DNA of 64,000 bases from Macrostomum lignano (Eukaryota), in the NCBI GenBank assembly GCA_002269645.1, contig NIVC01000728.1:1-64000 (forward strand), in the 5' to 3' direction. Under the pieces are notes generated by a model. It did no database searches. It saw only the letters and a list, made by a program, of their open reading frames with translations, and was not told the origin of the DNA. The translations under genes were made by a program, and so were the position numbers. Shown here piece after piece: positions 39,372-55,440 of the stretch. Position 1 is the first letter of the stretch. Each line of letters opens with the position of its first letter.

Positions 39372-42300
39372 TCACTCTGAATGATCAAGAATCACTCTGG
39401 ATGATCAATAATCACACTGGATGATCAATAATCACTCTGGATGATCAATAATCACTCTGGATGATCAATAATCACTCTGGATGATAAAGAATCACTCTGG
39501 ATGATAAAGAATCACTCTGGATGATCAAGAGTCACTCTGGATGATCAAGAATCACTCTGGATGATCAAGAGTCACCCTGGATGATCAATAATCACTCTAG
39601 ATGATCAATAATCACTCTGGATGATCAATAATCTCTCTAGATGATCAATAATCACTCTGGATGATCAAGAATCCCTCTGGATGATCAAGCGTCACTCTGG
39701 ATGATCAAGAATCCCTCTGGATGATCAAGCATCACTCTGGATGATCAAGAATCCCTCTGGATGATCAAGCGTCACTCTGGATGATCAATAATCACTCTGG
39801 ATGATCAAGAATCCCTCTGGATGATCAAGCGTCACTCTGGATGATCAATAATCACTCTGGATGATCAAGAATCCCTCTGGATGATCAAGCGTCACTCTGG
39901 ATGATCAAGAATCCCTCTGGATGATCAAGCATCACTCTGGATGATCAAGCATCACTCTGGATGATCAAGAATCACTCTGGATGATCAAGAATCCCTCTGG
40001 ATGATCAAGCGTCACTCTGGATGATCAATAATCACTCTGGATGATCAAGAATCCCTCTGGATGATCAAGCGTCACTCTGGATGATCAAGAATCCCTCTGG
40101 ATGATCAAGCATCACTCTGGATGATCAAGAATCACTCTGGATGATCAAGAATCCCTCTGGATGATCAAGCGTCACTCTGGATGATCAATAATCACTCTGG
40201 ATGATCAAGAATCCCTCTGGATGATCAAGCGTCACTCTGGATGATCAATAATCACTCTGGATGATCAAGCGTCACTCTGAACGATCAAGCGTCACTCTGG
40301 ATGATCAATAATCACTCTGTATGATCAAGAGTCACTCTGGATGATCAATAATCCCTCTGTATCATCAAGAGTCACTCTGGATGATCAAGAGTTACTCTGT
40401 ATGATCAAGAATCCCTCTGGATGATCAAGAATCCCTCTGGATGATCAAGCGTCACTCTGGATGATGAATAATCACTCTGTATGATCAAGAATCCCTCCGG
40501 ATGATCAAGCGTCACTCTGGATGATGAATAATCACTCTGTATGATCAAGAGTCACTCTGGATGATCAATAATCCCTCTGTATCATCAATAATCACTCTGG
40601 ATGATCAAGCGTCACTCTGAACGATCAAGCGTCACTCTGGATGATCAATAATCCCTCTGTATCATCAAGAGTCACTCTGGATGATCAAGAGTTACTCTGT
40701 ATGATCAAGAATCCCTCTGGATGATCAAGAATCCCTCTGGATGATCAAGCGTCACTCTGGATGATGAATAATCACTCTGTATGATCAAGAGTCACTCTGG
40801 ATGATCAATAATCCCTCTGTATCATCAAGAGTCACTCTGGATGATCGAGAGTCACTCTGGATGATCAAGAATCCCTCTGGATGATCAAGCGTCACTCTGG
40901 ATGATGAAGAGTCACTCTGGATGATCAATAATCACTCTGGATGATCAAGCGTCACTCTGAACGATCAAGCGTCACTCTGGATGATCAAGCGTCACTCTGG
41001 ATGATCAATAATCACTCTGTATGATCAAGAGTCACTCTGGATGATCAAGAGTTACTCTGTATGATCAAGAGTCACTCTGGATGATCAAGAATCCCTCTGG
41101 ATGATCAAGCGTCACTCTGGATGATGAAGAGTCACTCTGGATGATCAAGAATCCCTCTGGATGATCAAGCGTCACTCTGGATGATCAATAATCACTCTGG
41201 ATGATCAAGCGTCACTCTGAACGATCAAGCGTCACTCTGGATGATCAAGCGTCACTCTGGATGATCAATAATCCCTCTGTATCATCAAGAGTCACTCTGG
41301 ATGATCAAGAGTCACTCTGGATGATCAAGAATCCCTCCGGATGATCAAGCGTCACTCTGGATGATCAATAATCACTCTGTATGATCAAGAGTCACTCTGG
41401 ATGATCAATAATCCCTCTGTATCATCAAGAGTCACTCTGGATGATCAAGAGTTACTCTGTATGATCAAGAATCCCTCTGGATGATCAAGAATCCCTCTGG
41501 ATGATCAAGCGTCACTCTGGATGATGAATAATCACTCTGTATGATCAAGAATCCCTCCGGATGATCAAGCGTCACTCTGGATGATGAATAATCACTCTGT
41601 ATGATCAAGAGTCACTCTGGATGATCAATAATCCCTCTGTATCATCAATAATCACTCTGGATGATCAAGCGTCACTCTGAACGATCAAGCGTCACTCTGG
41701 ATGATCAATAATCCCTCTGTATCATCAAGAGTCACTCTGGATGATCAAGAGTTACTCTGTATGATCAAGAATCCCTCTGGATGATCAAGAATCCCTCTGG
41801 ATGATCAAGCGTCACTCTGGATGATGAATAATCACTCTGTATGATCAAGAGTCACTCTGGATGATCAATAATCCCTCTGTATCATCAAGAGTCACTCTGG
41901 ATGATCGAGAGTCACTCTGGATGATCAAGAATCCCTCTGGATGATCAAGCGTCACTCTGGATGATGAAGAGTCACTCTGGATGATCAATAATCACTCTGG
42001 ATGATCAAGCGTCACTCTGAACGATCAAGCGTCACTCTGGATGATCAAGCGTCACTCTGGATGATCAATAATCACTCTGTATGATCAAGAGTCACTCTGG
42101 ATGATCAAGAGTTACTCTGTATGATCAAGAGTCACTCTGGATGATCAAGAATCCCTCTGGATGATCAAGCGTCACTCTGGATGATGAAGAGTCACTCTGG
42201 ATGATCAAGAATCCCTCTGGATGATCAAGCGTCACTCTGGATGATCAATAATCACTCTGGATGATCAAGCGTCACTCTGAACGATCAAGCGTCACTCTGG

Positions 42301-44326
42301 ATGATCAAGCGTCACTCTGGATGATCAATAATCCCTCTGTATCATCAAGAGTCACTCTGGATGATCAAGAGTCACTCTGGATGATCAAGAATCCCTCCGG
42401 ATGATCAAGCGTCACTCTGGATGATCAATAATCACTCTGTATGATCAAGAGTCACTCTGGATGATCAATAATCCCTCTGTATCATCAAGAGTCACTCTGG
42501 ATGATCAAGAGTTACTCTGTATGATCAAGAATCCCTCTGGATGATCAAGAATCCCTCTGGATGATCAAGCGTCACTCTGGATGATGAATAATCACTCTGT
42601 ATGATCAAGAATCCCTCCGGATGATCAAGCGTCACTCTGGATGATCAATAATCACTCTGTATGATCAAGAGTCACTCTGGATGATCAAGAGTTACTCTGT
42701 ATGATCAAGAGTCACTCTGGATGATCAAGAATCCCTCTGGATGATCAAGCGTCACTCTGGATGATGAAGAGTCACTCTGGATGATCAAGAATCCCTCTGG
42801 ATGATCAAGCGTCACTCTGGATGATCAATAATCACTCTGGATGATCAAGCGTCACTCTGAACGATCAAGCGTCACTCTGGATGATCAAGCGTCACTCTGG
42901 ATGATCAATAATCCCTCTGTATCATCAAGAGTCACTCTGGATGATCAAGAGTCACTCTGGATGATCAAGAATCCCTCTGGATGATCAAGCGTCACTCTGG
43001 ATGATGAAGAGTCACTCTGGATGATCAATAATCACTCTGGATGATCAAGCGTCACTCTGGATGATCAATAGTCACTCAGGATAATCAATAGTCACTCTGG
43101 ATGATCAAGAATTACTCTGGAAAATCAATAGTCACTCTGGGTGATCAAGAATCGCTCTGGATGATCAAGAATCACTCTGGATGATCAACAGTCACTCTAG
43201 ATGATCAAGAATCACTCTGGATGATCAAGAGTCACTCTGGATAATCAATAATCACTCTGTATGATCAAGAGTCACTCTGGATGATTAAGAGTTACTCTGT
43301 ATGATCAAGAGTCACTCTGGGTGATCAAGAATCCCTCTGGATGATCAAGCGTCACTCTGGATGATGAAGAGTCACTCTGGATGATCAAGAATTACTCTGG
43401 ATGGTCAATAGTCACTCTGGATAATCAATAATCACTCTGGGTGATCAAGAATCGCTCTGGATGATCAAGAATCGCTCTGGATGATCAATAATCACTCTGG
43501 ATGATCAAGAATCACTCTGGATGATCAAGAGTCACTCTGGATGATCAAGAATCACTATGGATAATCAATAGTCACTCTGGATGATCAAGAATCACTCTGA
43601 ATGATCAAGAATCACTCTGGATGATCAAGAATCACTCTGGATGATCAAGAGTCACTCTGGATGATCAAGAATCACTATGGATAATCAATAGTCACTCTGG
43701 ATGATCAAGAATCACTCTGAATGATCAAGAATCACTCTGGATGATCAAGAGTCACTCTGGATGATCAAGAATCCCTCTGGATGATCAAGCGTCACTCTGG
43801 ATGATCAAGAATCACTCTGGATGATCAAGAGTTACTCTAGATGATCAAGAATCGCTCTGGATGATCAATAATCACTCTGGATGATCAAGAGTCACTCTGG
43901 ATGATCAAGAATCACTCTGGATGATCAATAGTCACTCTGGATGATCAAGAATCACTCTGGATGATCAAGAGTCACTCTGGATGATCAAGAGTTACTCTGG
44001 ATGATCAAGAGTTACTCTGGATGATCAATAGTCACTCTGGATGATCAAGAATCACTCTGGATGATCAAGAGTTACTCTGGATGATCAATAATCACTCTGG
44101 ATGATCAAGAGTTACTCTAGATGATCAAGAGTCACTCTGGATGATCAAGAGTTACTCTGGATGATCGAGAGTCACTCTGGATGATCAAGAGTCACTCTGG
44201 ATGATCAAGAGTCACTCTGGATGATCAATAGTCACTCTGGATGATCAAGAATCACTCTGGATGATCAAGAGTTACTCTGGATGATCAAGAGTTACTCTGG
44301 ATGATCAAGAGTTACTCTGGATGATC
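39372..44326. repeat. 20-bp minisatellite (ATGATCAAG[A/C][G/A]TCACTCTGG), about 247 copies, with a 1060-bp higher-order duplication, in the last TLE intron
   Basis: Unit stays in phase on every 60-nt line from 39421 to 44281. Confidence 0.99.
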
Positions 44327-44334
44327 TAGCATCA

Positions 44335-46997
<2,663 letters not shown>

Positions 46998-48158
46998 GTA
47001 AAACTGAGATTCTATTAAAATTGTGTTAAAACTGAAACAGCCTACTTTCAATAGTAAGCGGCTTTTGCTTCTCTTTCCCACAATTTCAAGCAAGCCCATC
47101 GTGAGGCCAAAAATATCCTTTTTATATCGAAAAAGGATATTTCTGGGTTTTGACGCAGCAGGAAGCCATGGCACTACGGAGGAACTGAATGAAAGAAATC
47201 CTTTTTTTGCTACGGAAGTGAACCATGCAAATATCTATATTGCAAAGCTCTACTCTTTTACAGGAAAGTAGAAATTATATGAGAAGAATAATAACAAAAT
47301 TGGGGGTAAGGAGAGAAGCGATATAAAGCAGACAGATGCCGCATCTCTGCGCATAGCACTAGGGAATCAGGGGAGTGTGTGTGACTTTTCCTTCCTACTT
47401 AGCAAGCTTTTCCTTCCCTTAGGAGGTCCCCGCGGTGCCGCAGTTCTTGGCAATGCGACGCGATAATCCAATTCCGAGATAGGCTCGGGGACAAAGAGAC
47501 AGAGAGGCGGAAAAGAAGGCATAAAAGCCAGAGATGCGGCTTAAACGGGAAAGGGAAGAGGCGCGGCATATTATTATACACATAGAGACAGGCAGGCAGG
47601 CGGGTAGACTCAGTGGGGGATGGGAGTAGTCCCCACAGTGGGCCCTGAGCCTCACCAAACTCCCAATCAACCCTTCTCTGACAGCTCCCGCCCCCTCTGT
47701 CGTCCGAGTTAAGAAAAAAGGGGAAAGGAAAAAAGCAAAGATCGATGCCAGAGGGAATAAAGAGACTGAGAGAAATTGGATAGAAGAGGAGTTTGAGGGG
47801 GGGGGGAGAGCCGATTAGCAACTGAAGATTCCTACAGCGGAGGCTCAGAGAGAGAGGGAGAGAGACGACTTTCTCGCTCAGCGGAGCAGTTGAGTAGCTA
47901 TATAGTGTGACAAAAAAGGCCAGCTATAGAAGCCTAACCTGCGATCATGGCTTCCCACAATATCCCCCTCCCCAGACCAGGATGAAGGATGGAAGCTTAA
48001 AGCTAATCCCCCCGTTCCTACTAACCCTCTCTGCCCTACCGCAGAAGCCTTAAGAATGGTAGATACTTCGTCTTTTCAAGCCGGCGCATAATCCAAGAAG
48101 CCAAGAGCAGCCCTCTTTCTTTTATAACAGCAGTACAAAGAAGCAGACAGTTACTTAC

Positions 48159-48208
48159 GGTTTGCCAGCCAGGTGGCTCCTCATCATGGCGGCTGTATCG
48201 AATGGCAC
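48159..48208 (-). CDS. TLE/gro: Groucho/TLE exon 7 (SP domain)
   Basis: VPFDTAAMMRSHLAGKP; cgcag acceptor, CC|gtaagt donor; phase 0 to 2 completes the conserved GKPAYSF. Confidence 0.88.
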
Positions 48209-48291
48209 CTGCGGATTTGACCAGGTTGCAGTGTAATTTCGAAAAAGGAATAAAAATTTAAAACACAAAAAGTTATATAATGAAAACTCAC

Positions 48292-48383
48292 GGGCAGTGG
48301 CGGTCTGTTGTAGGGATTTGGAATTCCTAAAGCCGCTGCTGCCGCGGCCGCGGCTGCCGGACTGGCGAAACCGGGGCTGAGGT
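48292..48383 (-). CDS. TLE/gro: Groucho/TLE exon 6 (SP domain)
   Basis: [30 protein letters not shown]; cgcag acceptor, gtgagt donor; phase 1 to 0. Confidence 0.85.
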
Positions 48384-50951
48384 CTGCGATTAACGGACAG
48401 AAATACAATGCTAAATTATTCTGTTCAATTCGGCTACTTTAAGTAGTAACATTTATAGATTTTTGTTTATAACTTGAAAAATATTCAAAAATTAAATTAG
48501 GGCCTAGCTCGTACTGATGAAATGATAAGTTTAGAACGCCCAAGCTTGCAGACGAAAACAGCTTGCTTATTGGTTCAGCCATTAATGTATATTAGCCACT
48601 CAAAAGTACAAGTTAGATTTAGGCTGATACAAACGAGGAAGCTTAGGGGGGTAAGAAGCCAATAAATGAGCCTTGGCTTTAAAAATACAATAAAATGCTT
48701 AAGTTTAACTTACTACTGAACTGAAAGTAGCTTGCACGCAAATGTGCTACTAGACCCATGTAGTTATACTAGTTAAAAAGCACTAAAAATTACCGATATT
48801 AGCTATCTATTACTAAGCACTAAAATATCAGAAATTCAAACATTCAGAGGGAGGGGCACAATACATTGTGTGCCATATGGACTCATTTTCTGGGGGGGGG
48901 CACGTGTGAGCTTCATACCCTAGTAATAGCACTCACACGCAGAGCAACTCAACTCTAACAGTCTCATATTTTTTCACTGTGTAAAGTCACTAGCTCAATG
49001 AAAAGCACTGGCAAATGGAACGCATTGCCTAAACCAGAAACTAGAGAGTTTAGTTTACATTTGCTATCATATCAATCCACTATCATCAAATTAACTATAT
49101 TAACTCTAAACGACTGGCTGTCAGCATTACTATGCAATCAAAAGGTTAAGGCTGTGTGACACATTTAAAGCCCTAATATGTTAAGTTAGTGTGTTGCCAA
49201 CGGTGGGATGAATTTGAGAAAAACAGAATAAAATCGTTCCTTTAAAAAGAAAACTCAGAAATGCCGTTTTAGTTGAATCATACTATAAAGAATAATTGCT
49301 TCTTCTTATGAATTCGAGTGAAAAGGATGAGTAAAGAGAAAGAGATATGCAGCGGCTGTTTACACCCCTCAAATTCAAAACACAACACACTCTTTTTTGT
49401 GGCGCGCAAATTAAAGTGAGCGAAAATAAGAAAAAGAAGCAATTTAGTTTGTAATGTAAGGCTAGGCTAAGGCTAAACTAAAGCTAACACGAAGATTGCT
49501 TGCGAGGCTATAAACGAGAATTTCATAAATATAAAGAAACAGGCAGTGCCTAATTTAAGCTAGTATATATCGCACGCTACGCTAGTTAAGTGAGCTGTTT
49601 GCCATGCTTCCACCCCCTCCCACGTGAAGCCGCTCTCTGTGCCTCAGCCACAGCCGCATCAAACTCTAATACAGCCAGCTATTCACTCCACTTATTCATT
49701 CAAATCAAGCCCCCTTCACATTTTACCCATGGGTGGTGTGGGTTGGCCTCTTTCGCCCACCCTAGTGGGAGGGTGCGCAGAGTGGGAGCGGTCGCGGCAA
49801 TTCAATTCACTCCCTGGCTATGCTACGGTCCCCGTCGCGTCAAGCCCCCAGCCGCCCCACCTCGGCGCCGCCGCCTTCACTCTTCCTTTACCCGCACACC
49901 CCCACTCCATTCACTCTTTGCCCCGCCTAAACCTTTTTACAACAGACGGGGGTGGAAGGCGCTGGAGGCTCTCTACGGGTACTGGGAACTGGCGGAGCGA
50001 GAAAGACAAGCGAGGCTTGGCCTGAAGATCTACTTACACTGTGTAGTGTAGAGTTTAAAACGTTTGGCTCAATCAGTTTGATTCACCAGGAGAGAGCCTC
50101 AAAGGGGAAAGGAATGAAACGGCTAAGCCTTAACAAGCGTCAGTCAGAAAATTAGAAGCCTCCTAGCCTCATAGGCTCTCTACGATACTTGGAAAGTCTC
50201 ATTGGCGGGTAGACACGCATATAATAACACAGAAATTCAGAAAAGCCACACGACAGAGACGTTTCGCTACCAGACCAATAACATCGTAGAGAGCCTAAAA
50301 GCAGAAGTTCATTAATTCACGCCCCGGGCAGGATTGAGACCGACCCTCTCTCCGCCCCACTACCCACCCGACTGACAGCCAAAACCTCCACTCAAGGCCA
50401 GCCACCCCAAGCCCTTCCTCTTCACTAACACGCGGAAGGCTCATACACAGACACCATCACCGCGCATAACACAGGCCGCGGCCAAGACCCGCTTTCCTAC
50501 GCCACCCCTCTCATTTCTGCGGCCCCCCAGCGGGCCAAGCCCCCGGCCCGCCCCTATCACACTCTCCCCTACACTACACGGTCCCTCCCCCCAGCTGAGA
50601 TATTTGCCTTCCGCGCGCACACACACAGATATACTTATAGAATAATTCCACCCCAGTGCCACGCTTCTAAATCATTTCTCCATATTCCCGGCTCCCGGCT
50701 CTATTTCGCTTTGCCAAACCCAATTTAACCCCCTTTATTCTAGGGAAATACTACTTTGAACTGAGAAGGGGAGAATTCCAGGACAAGGTGGGAAGTGTTT
50801 GCAGTTTGTAGGTTAAAGAAATGCGAGGGTATTTATTTCTTTTACAAGAACGTAACTTAAATTAAAAATAAAACTAATTCGCAATGTTTCAACTAATTGA
50901 ACAAACAACAAATAAATGCAGCGTGCACAATAGTAAATACTGCTTACTTAC

Positions 50952-51228
50952 CAATGGGATTTTTTGAGCCAGAATTAGACGATTTCGCAACTCCGGCTGT
51001 AGACGACAGAATAGCAGCAGACTGACTGCTCGGTCCGGGACCAGGAGATGATAGGCTAGCTGCTGCTGCTGCTGCTGCTGCTGCTGTGGAAGCAGACCCA
51101 CTGGTCGGCGTATTAGACTTGGCGGCGCCAGATGTCGGACTGGATTTGCCAATCCTTTTCGATTCGCCATTCTCTTTTGGACTGGCTGAGGAGGCCGCCG
51201 CGTCGCCGTTGACGTTAGCGGCGCCATC
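50952..51228 (-). CDS. TLE/gro: Groucho/TLE exon 5 (CcN/SP)
   Basis: DGAA...SPKENGESK...SNTPTS...KNPIG; tacag acceptor, G|gtaagt donor; phase 0 to 1. Confidence 0.85.
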
Positions 51229-51506
51229 CTGTACGGGTTTGTTGTTGAATTTGGCGTTTTACAAGCGCACCAATAGATGACTTTCTAATCATCAGGCATG
51301 TACACTCTCTGTGCCTTGGTGGTTGGCCATTATTGGTGTGAAATTTACGAGTACTTCACAAGCCTCAAATGAATGTAGCCGCGAACCCCAAGGGGTCGTG
51401 ACGCGAGAGAGTCAGACGCATTTACCGCTGAGCTGCTCTGATGTCGTGGGCTCATGGCATCAGCGACGTAGTAGAATCTTCTCTAAGTCTATAAACGAGT
51501 GCTCAC

Positions 51507-51626
51507 CTCATTATTGTCGTCTACAACAACATCCTGATCAGATTTGGAATCGTCGTCTTGTTCGTATCGGCGTCGCTTGTCGGCAGGTGAACGGCTGCGA
51601 CTCATTGGCGTGGACGAGCGGCGCTG
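51507..51626 (-). CDS. TLE/gro: Groucho/TLE exon 4 (CcN: NLS and CK2 site)
   Basis: QRRSSTPMSRSRSPADKRRRYEQDDDSKSDQDVVVDDNNE matches the Groucho KSD..LVVD motif; tandem TAGCAG acceptor, gtgagc donor; phase 0/0. Confidence 0.88.
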
Positions 51627-51778
51627 CTATCAATTGGGAAATTCGAGTTGGGTTTTTGTGCTCAGATATTGACAGTTCTCAAGTTCTCCAGGCTTTGTAT
51701 TTACTGATAGTTTGCTAGTTACGAGTACTTAATTGAAAACCTCTTAATTCAATTCACCAATTTACCCACGCACATCTT

Positions 51779-52534
51779 CATTTCCCTGACATCCTGAATT
51801 CTTCGACATTCCTCATTTCACTGACATCCTCAAGTATTCGACATTCCTCATTTCCCTGACATCCTTAAGTCTTCGACATTCCTCATTTCCCTGACATCCT
51901 CAAGTCTTCGACATTCCTCATTTCCCTGACATCCTGAATTCTTCGACATTCCTATTTCCCTGACATCCTCAAGTATTCGACATTCCTCATTTCCCTGACA
52001 TCCTGAATTCTTCGACATTCCTCATTTCCCTGACATCCTTAAGTCTTCGACATTCCTCATTTCCCTGACATCCTCAAGTCTTCGACATTCCTCATTTCCC
52101 TGACATCCTGAATTCTTCGACATTCCTATTTCCCTGACATCCTCAAGTATTCGACATTCCTCATTTCCCTGACATCCTGAATTCTTCGACATTCCTCATT
52201 TCCCTGACATCCTGAATTCTTCGACATTCCTCATTTCCCTGACATCCTTAAGTCTTCGACATTCCTCATTTCCCAGACATCCTTAAGTCTTCGACATTCC
52301 TCATTTCCCTGACATCCTCAAGTCTTCGACATTCCTCATTTCCCTGACATCCTGAATTCTTCGACATTCCTCATTTCCCTGACATCCTCAAGTATTCGAC
52401 ATTCCTCATTTCCCTGACATCCTGAATTTTTCGACATTCCTCATTTCTCTGACATCCTCAAGTCTTCGACATTCCTCATTTCCCTGACATCCTCAATTCT
52501 TCGACATTCCTCATTTCCCTGACATCCTCAATTC
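51779..52534. repeat. 35-bp minisatellite (CATTTCCCTGACATCCTCAAGTCTTCGACATTCCT), about 21 copies, in a TLE intron
   Basis: Visible tandem unit about 150 nt from exon 4. Confidence 0.96.
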
Positions 52535-53341
52535 TAGAAAAAACTGGACATGGCTATTTAAAAGGGACATGAATCCCGTCGAAACAGGTTAACAATGACT
52601 GACTAAGCCAAACTATATACAGAAAATGGATGTGGGATGAGAATTTTGGATGATGGGTTGAGGGGAGGGAGGCGCGGGCAGGTCGGTGGGCGGGGACACC
52701 AAACGCAAGCATATAATACAACAATGCAAGCATAAGGTAGAGAATCTTGAGCAAACACGCGCACTACTTGTCGAGCGGTGTTGTAGACGTGAAGTGCCCG
52801 GTCCAGGCGTGTTTGTATGAGCGTGTGTGTGTGCGACCCTGTCACTTTGAAGGGCCGCGCGGGTTCGATTACCCCCCTCCCCTTCTACCATGGCCAGAGA
52901 GGGAGGCTCAACCACAAACTGCAAGGCAAAGCGAGCTCGCATAATAATAACGCATAAGAAGGCGGCGAGAAAGCTGAACAACCCAACATAGTTAAGACTG
53001 TTTGCAGAGAATGCTTTTGCCCCATCAGGGAAGAGGAATCCTCATCTCAGGTTGGTCAGAGAGAGAGCTTAACTATGAGCATGGAGCAGGTGGCAAAAAG
53101 AATTGGCGAACTGAAACCGCCTGCCACCTGAAATGGGGAACAAAGTCTGTGAGCCAATATGGATGAGATAAAGTAGGTTATCAGACAAAGACAGCTTAAT
53201 TAAGTTGAAAATCGACTGCAACAGCAGGCTATACTAAGTTATATTTTAAGATTGTCATAGTTGCATGTAAATCGGCAAATAGCTTGATAGATCAGCCGTC
53301 ACATCACAAGCTCGCAATTTTTCATCGTCGAAAATTGTAAG

Positions 53342-53900
53342 TACACTTCACAAACTCCAAGTTTCACAAGCTCTACACTTCACAAGCTCTATACTTCACA
53401 AGCTCTAAACTTCACAAGCTCTACACTTCACAAGCTCTACACTTCACAAGCTCTACACTTCACAAGCTCTAAACTTCACAAGCTCTACACTTCACAAGCT
53501 CTACACTTCACAAGCTCTACACTTCACAAGCTCTACACTTCACAAACTCCAAGTTTCACAAGCTCTAAACTTCACAAGCTCTACACTTCACAAGCTCTAC
53601 ACTTCACAAGCTCTACACTTCACAAGCTCTAAACTCCACAAGCTCTAAGCTTCACAAGCTCTAAGCTTCACAAGCTCTACACTTCACAAGCTCTAAACTT
53701 CACAAGCTCTAAACTTCACAAACTCCAAGTTTCACAAGCTCTAAACTTCACAAGCTCTACACTTCACAAGCTCTACACTTCACAAGCTCTAAACTCCACA
53801 AGCTCCAAGCTTCACAAGCTCTAACCTTCACAAGCTCTAAATTCCACAAGCTCCAAGCTTCACAAGCGCAAAACTCCACAAATTCAAGACTTCACAAGCT
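53342..53900. repeat. 16-bp minisatellite (TTCACAAGCTCTACAC), about 35 copies, in a TLE intron
   Basis: Visible tandem unit. Confidence 0.95.
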
Positions 53901-55347
53901 TCAAAGTTCCGAAAAAAGGCAGATTCAAGAGGACTATAGCGCAAAGGCGAATTTTCTGCATAAAAAACGACCGGGGGAGTGTTAAGCCCAAGGCCAAAAA
54001 CCGAAAACCCGCGCCAGCAGGGTGGTTGGCGAGCGGGGCGGGATTCGAACTGTGCCACCCAACCATCCCCTAGCCGCTCTCGCAGACCTCGACTGACCCA
54101 CCACCCCTCACAGTAATTAGTTAGACATAGGGGATGATGGCGGCAACGGGAGGGGGATAGAAGGAAGCAGAGGAAGTGATTTCCCCTTTGGTTTTATCTC
54201 TCCTCCCCAGGCCGACGCCGCCGCTACACGCTACACTCCTTCCATGCTTGGACCGGACGAGAGTCCCCAAATCCCTATACTGTTTCTAGGATGAGAGCCG
54301 CATCATCTGGGCAGCTGCGGGCGAGAATTGAGAGGCCTAGCCTGGCTAGCCATATAGAAAGGAAACGGGACGTCGAATGGCCGCGGAGGGGGACAGGAGA
54401 ATGGGGGATGGATTAGGAAAGGCGAGGGATCAAACACGAATAGGGTGGGTGTCGCTCTCTCGAGCCGCTTCCCAGCCGGTCTGGACAGGAATATCAATCA
54501 GGTCAAGAACATGTCGTCTTTTTAGGCCTAAAACACACACACGCAGTGCCAGTCCAGCTTCCTTATCCGAGAGATTGTCCACCCCGCCGGCCAGGCAATA
54601 CACCATATAAAAGGCTCTCTCTCCTTCCCTCCCCCCTTCGATATCTCAGAGATCCCAGGGGCGAGAGTGGGAAGGTTTAAGCCTAGATAGATCCTCGGCC
54701 TCAAACCCGCGCGGTCTCCACTCTCCTTACTGCTCAAGCTCAACATCGCCCCCCCCCAACCCCGAGGATTCTGGCGACGTATGGAGGAGGGGAAGCAAGA
54801 AGAGGATTAGAATTCTCCCCCCTCTCTATCTTCCGCAGAGGCGCGCTCTGGGATTTAGGAGAGACGAATCTAAATAGGGAAAGCGGCAAGACTGTAGGGT
54901 GTAGGGAGGTGCGAGCAAAGTGGAAAACTCCCACCCGCTGGCTGGCTGGCCGCTCTGGCACACATATTTAGCTGTGGCTGTCACTTTTTTTGCCGCTTCG
55001 CCCGCCGGCCATTGAGCCTGCCACCCCGCCCCCGCTGGCCTCCTTCCCCTCTGGGACCGCGGGGCGAGGGTAACAGGAAACTGGCGGCGCCTCATATCAT
55101 GGGAAGAGAGGGGAAAATAGCAGAAGGATTGCCTTGCGGACGAGTGTTAGTAACTATGGGGTCTACAAAACTAGAGGCTAATAGAAGGAAGCTAAGCCAG
55201 AAAACGTTAAGGCAACGGTTAACGGGTCAAGAAGAAGGCAAGACGTGAGATTATTGCTTAACTGCAGTGGGGAATTTATCCAGAGCAGGTCAAGAGGGTC
55301 AGCAGCCTCCCCCCTAGTAACAATGTGTTTCATGTTCTCTGGGAACA

Positions 55348-55440
55348 AAATCTCACTCGCGGCGCTAAAGTGGCGCTAAAATCTAACCCGCGGCGCTAAA
55401 GTGGCGCTTAAAATCTCACCGGCGGCGTCAAAGTGGGCCA
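55348..55440. repeat. Short 3x about 31-bp repeat (AAAATCT..C.CGGCGCTAAAGTGGCGCT)
   Basis: Three degenerate tandem copies visible. Confidence 0.65.
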
